Shown here in pieces: positions 1-10,749 of a stretch of 64,000 nt of DNA (position 1 is its first letter; the number at the start of each line of letters is the position of its first letter). Source of the DNA: the human T2T-CHM13v2.0 reference genome, Homo sapiens; the NCBI RefSeq assembly GCF_009914755.1, contig NC_060948.1, one strand, 5' to 3'. The translations under genes and the position numbers were made by a program. Below the pieces are notes generated by a model, which saw nothing but the letters and a program-made list of their open reading frames with translations, was not told where the DNA came from and ran no database searches.

Positions 1-920
1 GTGGAATCAAATGGAATTGAATCGAAAGGAAAGGAAGCGAATGGACTGAAATGAAATGGAATGGAATTGAATGGAAATTAATGCAATGGAATAGAATGGA
101 ACGAAATTTCACGGAATGGAATCAAACTGAATGGAATCAAATCAATGGAATCAAATCAAATGGAACGGAAAGGAATTGAATGGAGTAGATTGGATTGGAT
201 GGGATTGGAATGAAATGTACTGGAAAGGACTCGAATTTCATGAAACGGAATGGAATGAATTGGAACGGAATGGACTCGAATGGAATGGAATGTCATGGAA
301 TGGCATCAAATGGAATGGCATCAAATGGAATGGAATCGAATGCAATGGAATGCTATGGAATGGAATGCAATGCATTGGAATGGAATGTCCTCTAATGGAA
401 TGGATTCGAGTGGAATGGAATCGAATATAATGGAGTCTAATGAAATGGAATTGAAAGGAATGGGATCGAATAGAATGGAATATACTGGAATGTAATGTAA
501 TGAACTCGAATGTAATTGACTGGAATGGAATGTACATGAATGGAATGTAATCGAATGGAAAGTAATCCAATGGAATAGAATCTAATGCAATAAAATCGAC
601 TCAAATAGAGTAGAATGTAATGGAATGGAGTGCAGTGCAATGGAATGGAATGGAATGGAATGCAATGGAATGGAATGGAATGGAATGGAATGGGATGGAA
701 TGGTATGGAATGGATAGTAATGGACTGGAGTGAAATGGACTGGAAAGGAATGGACTCAAATTGAAAGGGCTCGAAAGGAATGGAGTCAAATGGAATGGTC
801 TGGAATGGAATGAACACGAATGTAATGCAATCCAATAGAATGGAATCGAATGGCATGGAATTTAAAGAAATGGAATCGAAGAGAATGGAAACAAATGGAA
901 TGGAATTGAATGGAATGGAA

Positions 921-1074
921 TTGAATGGAATGGGAACGAATGGAGTGAAATTGTATGCAGTAGAAGAGAATAGAATGGAATGCAAGCGAAAGGAAAGGAA
1001 TGGATTGGAATGGAATGGAATTCATTGGAATGGAAGGGAATGTAGTGTAATGGACAGGCCTGGAATAAAGTGGA
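921..1074. other. DYZ1 diagnostic landmark (EcoRI + HaeIII/StuI; target of the classical Y-sexing PCR), present once per unit
   Basis: TTGAATGGAATGGGAACGAATGG at 921-943 and GGACAGGCCTGGAATAAAGTGGA at 1052-1074 match the Y1.2/Y1.1-type DYZ1 primer sites as I recall them (154-bp span). GAATTC is at 1018-1023 and GGCC at 1057-1060. Confidence 0.85.
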
Positions 1075-1410
1075 ATGCTACGGTCTCGAATGGAATAAAA
1101 ATGTATGGAATGGAATGCAATGAAACGGAATCGAATGTCATAGAATGTAATGGAATGCAAAAAATGGAATCCAAAGTCATTGACTGGAAAGGCTGGGTGT
1201 CGAAAGGAATTGACTCCAATGGAATGGAATCGAATGGAATGGAAGTGAATAGAATCGAACTAAATCGAATGGAATGGAATTGATAGGAACGGAATGGAAA
1301 GGAATGCAATGATTTGGCATGGAATGGAATCGAATGGCATCGAATGGAATGGAATGTGTTAGAATGTAATGAACTTTAATGGAATGTACTCGAATGGATT
1401 CGACTGGAAT

Positions 1411-1425
1411 GGAATGTTCTGGAAG
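1411..1425. promoter_or_regulatory. Candidate heat-shock element HSE-1 (gGAAtgTTCtgGAAg), recurring in each unit
   Basis: Exact match to nGAAnnTTCnnGAAn. Intact in 17 of 18 units (TTG in unit 17 at ~58123). Binding cannot be shown from sequence. Confidence 0.6.
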
Positions 1426-1690
1426 TGAATGGACTCCAATGGAATGGATTCAAAAGGAATGGAATCGTACGGAATGGAATCTAATGGAATGGAATTAAAT
1501 GGAAATGAATCAAATGGAATAGCACGGAATTGAATTGAATGGAATGGAATGCAATGGAATCTAATGAAACGGAAAGGAAAGGAATGGAATGGAATGGAAT
1601 GGGCTGGAATGGAAAGGAATCGAAATGAATGGAATGGAATCGAACTGAAGAGACTGGAATGGAATGCACTGGAATGGAAGGAAGTGTAAT

Positions 1691-1705
1691 GGAAGGTTCT
1701 CGAAA
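1691..1705. promoter_or_regulatory. Candidate heat-shock element HSE-2 (gGAAggTTCtcGAAa), recurring in each unit
   Basis: Exact consensus match. Intact in 16 of 18 units (ATC in units 6 and 7). Confidence 0.6.
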
Positions 1706-2711
1706 AAAATGGAATCGAATGGAATGGAATTGAATGGAACGGAATAGAGTCGAATGGAATTGAATGGAATGGAATGGACTAGAGTGAAATGGAATAGAAC
1801 CACAAGGAATGGACAGGAATAGAATGGTCTCGAATTGAATGGAATCGTATGGAATGGCATCAAACGGAATGGAATGGATAGCCACGGAATGGAATGCACT
1901 CGAATGCAATGGAGTCGAACCTAATGGACTGGAATAGAATGGACTCGACTGGTACGGACTCCAATGGAATGGAATCGAATGGAAGGGAATCGAACGGAAT
2001 GGACTCGAAGGGAAAAGACTGCAATGGAGAGGTCTCGAATGGAATGGAAATTAATGGAATGGAATGGAATCGAATGAAATGGAGTCAAAAGGAATGGAAT
2101 CGAATGGCAAGAAATCGAATGTAATGGAATCGCAAGGAATTGATGTGAACGGAACGGAATGGAATGGAATCCAAAGGAATGGAATAGAATGGAATGGAAT
2201 CGAATGGAAAGGACTCGAATGGAAATCACTCGAATAGAATGCAATTTAATAAAATAAGATCAAATGTAATGGAATGGAATGGAAAGGAATCGAAACGAAA
2301 GGAATGGAGACAGATGGAATGGAATGGAACAGAGAGCAATGGTATAGAATGGAATGGAATCCTCTGGAATGGAATTGAATGGAATGGAATAATATGAAAT
2401 GGAATGGAATGGAATGGAATGCCCTTGAATTAAATGGACTGGAATGGAATGGACTCGAACAGAGTGGAATGGAAAGTGTTGAAATAGAATGGAATGGACT
2501 CGTTTGGAATGGTCTAGTATACAATGCAATCGACCGGCAGGGAATCAAAAGGAATGTAATCGAATGGATTGGACTGGAATGCAATGGACTCGAATAGATT
2601 GGAAACGGAAAGCAAAGGAATGGAATGGAATAGTATGGAATGGAATGGAAAGGAATGGAGTGGAATAGACTAGAGTGGAATGGAATGGACTCGAAAGCAA
2701 TGGACTGGAAT

Positions 2712-2726
2712 GGAACTTTCTTGAAT
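2712..2726. promoter_or_regulatory. Candidate heat-shock element HSE-3 (gGAActTTCttGAAt), recurring in each unit
   Basis: Exact consensus match. Intact in 17 of 18 units (broken in unit 10 at ~34554; spacer-only change in unit 8 at ~27489). Confidence 0.6.
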
Positions 2727-3668
2727 GGACTGGAATCAAACGGAATGGAATGCAATGCAATCAAATGGCATGGAATAAAATAGAATGAAAGAGAATCAAA
2801 TGGAATTGAATCGAATGGAATCGAATGGATTGGAAAGGAATAGAATGGAATGGAATGGAATTGACTCAAATGGAATGGACTAGAATGGAATGGATTCGAA
2901 TGGAAGGCAAAGGAATGGAATCTATTGGAATGGACTGTAATGGAATGGAATGGAAGGGATTGGAATGGACTCGAATGGAATGGACTGCAATAGAAAGGAT
3001 TCGAATGGAATGAAAAAGAATTGAATGGAATAGAACAGAATGGAATCAAATCGAATGAAATGGAATGGAATAGAAAGGAATGGAATGAAATGGAATGGAA
3101 AGGATTCGAATGGAATGCAATCGAATGGAATGCAATCGAATGGAATGGAATCGAACGGAATGGAATAAAATGGAAGAAAACTGGCAAGAAATGGAATCGA
3201 AATGAATGGAGTGTTATGGAACGGACTCAAAAGGAATTGAATGTAATAGAATGGAGTGGAGTGGACTCGAATATAATGGACTGGAATGGAATGAAATCAC
3301 ATGGAATGGGAACGAATGGAATGGAATGGAAAGGAATGGAATCGAATGGAAAGGAATCGAATGGAAGGGAATGAAATTGAATCAACAGGAATGGAAGGGA
3401 GTAGAATAGACGGTAATGGAATGGACTCGAATAGAATGGACACGAAGGCTCAAATTGAATGGACTCGAATGGAATGGAAACGAAAGGAATGTCATCGAAT
3501 GGAATTGAATCGATTGGAATGAAATCACATAGAATGGAGTGGAATCAAATGGAATTGAATCGAAAGGAAAGGAAGCGAATGGACTGAAATGAAATGGAAT
3601 GGAATTGAATGGAAATTCATGCAATGGAATAGAATGGAACGAAATTTCACGGAATGGAATCAAACTGA

Positions 3669-6600
3669 ATGGAATCAAATCAATGGAATATAATCAAATG
3701 GAATGGAAAGGAATTGAATGGAGTAGATTGGATTGGATGGGATTGGAATGAAATGTACTGGAAAGGACTCGAATTTCATGAAACGGAATGGAATGAATTA
3801 GAACGGAATGGACTCGAATGGAATGGAATGTCATGGAATGGCATCAAATGGAATGGAATCGATTGCGATGGAATGCTATGGAATGGAATGGAATGCATTG
3901 GAATGGAATGTCCTCTAATGGAATGTATTCGAGTGGAATGGAATCGAATATAATGGAGTCTAATGAAAGGGAATTGAAAGGAATGGGACCGAATACAATG
4001 GAATATACTGGAATGTAATGTAATGAACTCGAATGTAATTGACTGGAATGGAATGTACATGAATGGAATGTAATCGAATGGAAAGCAATCCAATGGAATA
4101 GAATCTAATGCAATAAAATCGACTCAAGTAGAGTAGAATGTAATGGAATGGAGTGCAGTGCAATGGAATGGAATGGAATGGAATGCAATGGAATGGAATG
4201 GAATGGAATGGAATGGAATGGGATGGAATGGTATGGAATGGATAGTAATGGACTGGAGTGAAATGGACTGGAAAAGAATGGACTCAAATTGAAAGGGCTC
4301 GAAAGGAATGGAGTCAAATGGAATGGTCTGGAATGGAATGAACACGAATGTAATGCAATCCAATAGAATGGAATCGAATGGCATGGAATATAAAGAAATG
4401 GAATCGAAGAGAATGGAAACAAATGGAATGGAATTGAATGGAATGGGAACGAATGGAGTGAAATTGTATGCAGTAGAAGAGAATAGAATGGAATGCAAGC
4501 GAAAGGAAAGGAATGGATTGGAATGGAATGGAATTCATTGGAATGGAAGGGAATGTAGTGTAATGGACAGGCCTGGAATAAAGTGGAATGCTACAGTCTC
4601 GAATGGAATAAAAATGTATGGAATGGAATGCAATGAAACGGAATCGAATGTCATAGAATGTAATGGAATGCAAAAAAATGGAATCCAAAATCATTGACTG
4701 GAAAGGCTGGGTGTCGAAAGGAATTGACTCCAATGGAATGGAATCGAATGGAATGGAAGTGAATAGAATGGAACTAAATCGAATGGAATGGAATTGATAG
4801 GAACGGAATGGAAAGGAATGCAATGATTTGGCATGGAATGGAATCGAATGGCATCGAATGGAATGGAATGGAATGCAATGGAATGGAATGTATTAGAATG
4901 TAATGAACTTTAATGGAATGTACTCGAATGGATTCGACTGGAATGGAATGTTCTCGAAGTGAATGGACTCCAATGGAATGGATTCGAAAGGAATGGAATC
5001 TAATGGAATGGAATTAAATGGAAATGAATCAAATTGAATAGAACGGAATTGAATTGAATGGAATCGAATGCAATGGAATCTAATGAAACGGAAAGGAAAG
5101 GAATGGAATGGATTGGAATGGAATGGGCTGGAATGGAATGGAATCGAAACGAATGGAATGGAATCGAACTGAAGAGACTGGAATGGAATGCACTGGAATG
5201 GAAGGGAATGTAATGGAAGGTTCTCGAAAAAAATGGAATCGAAAGGAATGGAATTGAATGGAACGGAATAGAGTCGAATGGAATTGAATGGAATGGAATG
5301 GACTAGAGTGAAATGGAATCGAACCACAAGGAATGGACAGGAATAGAATGGTCTCGAATTGAATGGAATCGTATGGAATGGCATCAAACGGAATGGAATG
5401 GACAGCCACGGAATGGAATGGACACCCACGGAATGGAATGCACTCGAATGCAATGGAGTCGACACTAATGGACTGAATAGAATGGACTCGACTGGTACGG
5501 ACTCCAATGGAATGGAATCGAATGGAAGGGAATCGAACGGAATGGACTCGAAGGGAAAAGACTGCAATGGAAAGGTCTCCAATGGAATGGAAATTAATGG
5601 AATGGAATGGAATCGAATGAAATGGAGTCAAAAGGAATGGAATCGAATGGCAAGAAATCGAATGTAATGGAATCGCAAGGAATGGATGTGAACGGAACGG
5701 AATGGAATGGAATCCAAAGGAATGGAATAGAATGGAATGGAATCGAATGGAAAGGACTCGAATGGAAATCACTCGAATAGAATGCAATTTAATAAAATAG
5801 GATCAAATGTAATGGAATGGAATGGAAAGGAATCGAAACGAAAGGAATGGAGACAGATGGAATGGAATGGAACAGAGAGCAATGGTATAGAATGGAATGG
5901 AATCATCTGGAATGGAATTGAATGGAATGGAATAATATGAAATGGAATGGAATGGAATGGAATGCCCTTGAATTAAATGGACTGGAATGGAATGGACTCG
6001 AACAGAGTGGAATGGAAAGTGTTGAAATAGAATGGAATGGACTCGTTTGGAATGGTCTAGTATGCAATGCAATCGACTGGCAGGGAATCAAAAGGAATGT
6101 AATCGAATGGATTGGACTGGAATGCAATGGACTCGAATAGATTGGAAACGGAAAGCAAAGGAATGGAATGGAATAGTATGGAATGGAATGGAAGGAATGG
6201 AGTGGAATAGACTAGAGTGGAATGGAATGGACTCGAAAGCAATGGACTGGAATGGAACTTTCTTGAATGGACTGGAATCAAACGGAATGGAATGCAATGC
6301 AATCAAATGGCATGGAATAAAATAGAATGAAAGAGAATCAAATGGAATTGAATCGAATGGAATCGAATGGATTGGAAAGGAATAGAATGGAATGGAATGG
6401 AATTGACTCAAATGGAATGGACTAGAATGGAATGGATTCGAATGGAAGTCAAAGGAATGGAATCTATTGGAATGGACTGTAATGGAATGGAATGGAAGGG
6501 ATTGGAATGGACTCGAATGGAATGGACTGCCATAGAAAGGATTCGAATGGAATGAAAAAGAATTGAATGGAATAGAACAGAATGGAATCAAATCGAATGA

Positions 6601-7210
6601 AATGGAATGGAATAGAAAGGAATGGAATGAAATGGAATGGAAAGGATTCAAATGGAATGCAATCGAATGGAATGCAATCGAGTGGAATGGAATCGAACGG
6701 AATGGAATAAAATGGAAGAAAACTGGCAAGAAATGGAATCGAAATGAATGGAGTGTTATGGAACGGACTCAAAAGGAATTGAATGTAATAGAATGGAGTG
6801 GAGTGGACTCGAATATAATGGACTGGAATGGAATGAAATCACATGGAATGGGAACGAATGGAATGGAATGGAAAGGAATGGAATCGAATGGAAAGGAATC
6901 GAATGGAAGGGAATGAAATTGAATCAACAGGAATGGAAGGGAGTAGAATAGACGGTAATGGAATGGACTCGAATAGAATGGACACGAATGCTCAAATTGA
7001 ATGGACTCGAATGGAATGGAAACGAAAGGAATGTCATCGAATGGAATTGAATCGATTGGAATGAAATCACATAGAATGGAGTGGAATCAAATGGAATTGA
7101 ATCGAAAGGAAAGGAAGCGAATGGACTGAAATGAAATGGAATGGAATTGAATGGAAATTAATGCAATGGAATAGAATGGAACGAAATTTCACGGAATGGA
7201 ATCAAACTGA
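3669..7210 (+). repeat. DYZ1 unit 2 (3542 bp; subfamily A)
   Basis: Anchor-to-anchor interval. It has the 20-bp GACACCCACG insertion at ~5421 and GTCGAC at ~5458, and lacks the CGTACG segment. Confidence 0.9.
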
Positions 7211-10200
7211 ATGGAATCAAATCAATGGAATCAAATCAAATGGAACGGAAAGGAATTGAATGGAGTAGATTGGATTGGATGGGATTGGAATGAAATGTAC
7301 TGGAAAGGACTCGAATTTCATGAAACGGAATGGAATGAATTAGAACGGAATGGACTCGAATGGAATGGAATGTCATGGAATGGCATCAAAAGGAATGGAA
7401 TCGATTGCGATGGAATGCTATGGAATGGAATGGAATGCATTGGAATGGAATGTCCTCTAATGGAATGTATTCGAGTGGAATGGAATCGAATATAATGGAG
7501 TCTAATGAAAGGGAATTGAAAGGAATGGGACCGAATACAATGGAATATACTGGAATGTAATGTAATGAACTCGAATGTAATTGACTGGAATGGAATGTAC
7601 ATGAATGGAATGTAATCGAATGGAAAGCAATCCAATGGAATAGAATCTAATGCAATAAAATCGACTCAAATAGAGTAGAATGTAATGGAATGGAGTGCAG
7701 TGCAATGGAATGGAATGGAATGGAATGCAATGGAATGGAATGGAATGGAATGGAATGGGATGGAATGGTATGGAATGGATAGTAATGGACTGGAGTGAAA
7801 TGGACTGGAAAAGAATGGACTCAAATTGAAAGGGCTCGAAAGGAATGGAGTCAAATGGAATGGTCTGGAATGGAATGAACACGAATGTAATGCAATCCAA
7901 TAGAATGGAATCGAATGGCATGGAATATAAAGAAATGGAATCGAAGAGAATGGAAACAAATGGAATGGAATTGAATGGAATGGGAACGAATGGAGTGAAA
8001 TTGTATGCAGTAGAAGAGAATAGAATGGAATGCAAGCGAAAGGAAAGGAATGGATTGGAATGGAATGGAATTCATTGGAATGGAAGGGAATGTAGTGTAA
8101 TGGACAGGCCTGGAATAAAGTGGAATGCTACGGTCTCGAATGGAATAAAAATGTATGGAATGGAATGCAATGAAACGGAATCGAATGTCATAGAATGTAA
8201 TGGAATGCAAAAAAATGGAATCCAAAATCATTGACTGGAAAGGCTGGGTGTCGAAAGGAATTGACTCCAATGGAATGGAATCGAATGGAATGGAAGTGAA
8301 TAGAATCGAACTAAATCGAATGGAATGGAATTGATAGGAACGGAATGGAAAGGAATGCAATGATTTGGCATGGAATGGAATCGAATGGCATCGAATGGAA
8401 TGGAATGGAATGCAATGGAATGGAATGTATTAGAATGTAATGAACTTTAATGGAATGTACTCGAATGGATTCGACTGGAATGGAATGTTCTCGAAGTGAA
8501 TGGACTCCAATGGAATGGATTCGAAAGGAATGGAATCTAATGGAATGGAATTAAATGGAAATGAATCAAATTGAATAGAACGGAATTGAATTGAATGGAA
8601 TCGAATGCAATGGAATCTAATGAAACGGAAAGGAAAGGAATGGAATGGATTGGAATGGAATGGGCTGGAATGGAATGGAATCGAAACGAATGGAATGGAA
8701 TCGAACTGAAGAGACTGGAATGGAATGCACTGGAATGGAAGGGAATGTAATGGAAGGTTCTCGAAAAAAATGGAATCGAAAGGAATGGAATTGAATGGAA
8801 CGGAATAGAGTCGAATGGAATTCAATGGAATGGAATGGACTAGAGTCAAATGGAATCGAACCACAAGGAATGGACAGGAATAGAATGGTCTCGAATTGAA
8901 TGGAATCGTATGGAATGGCATCAATCGGAATGGAATGGACAGCCACGGAATGGAATGGACACCCACGGAATGGAATGCACTCGAATGCAATGGAGTCGAC
9001 ACTAATGGACTGGAATAGAATGGACTCGACTGATACGGACTCCAATGGAATGGAATCGAATGGAAGGGAATCGAACGGAATGGACTCGAAGGAAAAAGAC
9101 TGCAATGGAAAGGTCTCCAATGGAATGGAAATTAATGGAATGGAATGGAATCGAATGAAATGGAGTCAAAAGGAATGAGATCGAATGGCAAGAAATCGAA
9201 TGTGATGGAATCGCAAGGAATTGATGTGAACGGAACGGAATGGAATGGAATCCAAAGGAATGGAATAGAATGGAATGGAATCGAATGGAAAGGACTCGAA
9301 TGGACATCACTCGAATAGAATGCAATTTAATAAAATAGGATCAAATGTAATGGAATGGAATGGAAAGGAATCGAAACGAATGGAATGGAGACAGATGGAA
9401 TGGAATGGAACTGAGAGCAATGGTATAGAATGGAATGGAATCATCTGGAATGGAATTGAATGGAATGGAATAATATGAAATGGAAAGGAATGGAATGGAA
9501 TGCCCTTGAATTAAATGGACTGGAATGGAATGGACTCGAACAGAGTGGAATGGAAAGTGTTGAAATAGAATGGAATGGACTCGTTTGGAATGGTCTAGTA
9601 TGCAATGCAATCGACTGGCAGGGAATCAAAAGGAATGTAATCGAATGGATTGGACTGGAATGCAATGGACTCGAATAGATTGGAAACGGAATGCAAAGGA
9701 ATGGAATGGAATAGTATGGAATGGAATGGAAAGGAATGGAGTGGAATAGACTAGAGTGGAATGGAATGGACTCGAAAGCAATGGACTGGAATGGAACTTT
9801 CTTGAATGGACTGGAATCAAACGGAATGGAATGCAATGCAATCAAATGGCATGGAATAAAATAGAATGAAAGAGAATGAAATGGAATTGAATCGAATGGA
9901 ATCGAATGGATTGGAAAGGAATAGAATGGAATGGAATGGAATTGACTCAAATGGAATGGACTAGAATGGAATGGATTCGAATGGAAGGCAAAGGAATGGA
10001 ATCTATTGGAATGGACTGTAATGGAATGGAATGGAAGGGATTGGAATGGACTCGAATGGAATGGACTGCAATAGAAAGGATTCGAATGGAATGAAAAAGA
10101 ATTGAATGGAATAGAACAGAATGGAATCAAATCGAATGAAATGGAATGGAATAGAAAGGAATGGAATGAAATGGAATGGAAAGGATTCGAATGGAATGCA

Positions 10201-10749
10201 ATCGAATGGAATGCAATCGAATGGAATGGAATCGAACGGAATGGAATAAAATGGAAGAAAACTGGCAAGAAATGGAGTCGAAATGAATGGAGTGTTATGG
10301 AACCGACTCAAAAGGAATTGAATGTAATAGAATGGAGTGGAGTGGACTCGAATATAATGGACTGGAATGGAATGAAATCACATGGAATGGGAACGAATGG
10401 AATGGAATGGAAAGGAATGGAATCGAATGGAAAGGAATCGAATGGAAGGGAATGAAATTGAATCAACAGGAATGGAAGGGAGTAGAATAGACGGTAATGG
10501 AATGGACTCGAATAGAATGGACACGAATGCTCAAATTGAATGGACTCGAATGGAATGGAAACGAAAGGAATGTCATCGAATGGAATTGAATCGATTGGAA
10601 TGAAATCACATAGAATGGAGTGGAATCAAATGGAATTGAATCGAAAGGAAAGGAAGCGAATGGACTGAAATGAAATGGAATGGAATTGAATGGAAATTAA
10701 TGCAATGGAATAGAATGGAACGAAATTTCACGGAATGGAATCAAACTGA
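7211..10749 (+). repeat. DYZ1 unit 3 (3539 bp; subfamily A)
   Basis: Anchor-to-anchor interval with the same subfamily markers at ~8958-9000. Confidence 0.9.

Larger units (their letters stand above)
131..3668 (+). repeat. DYZ1 unit 1 (3538 bp; chimeric)
   Basis: Unit boundaries are arbitrary, set at the anchor ATGGAATCAAATCAATGGAA. The 5' part carries unit 12-14-type variants and the 3' part carries unit 2-5-type variants. Confidence 0.9.

Noticed and set aside
188-207. GATTGGATTGGATGGGATTGG as twin CCAAT boxes or a G-quadruplex
   Set aside because: These are single-base derivatives of GGAAT with mostly GG runs. There is no promoter context and it is not a canonical G4.
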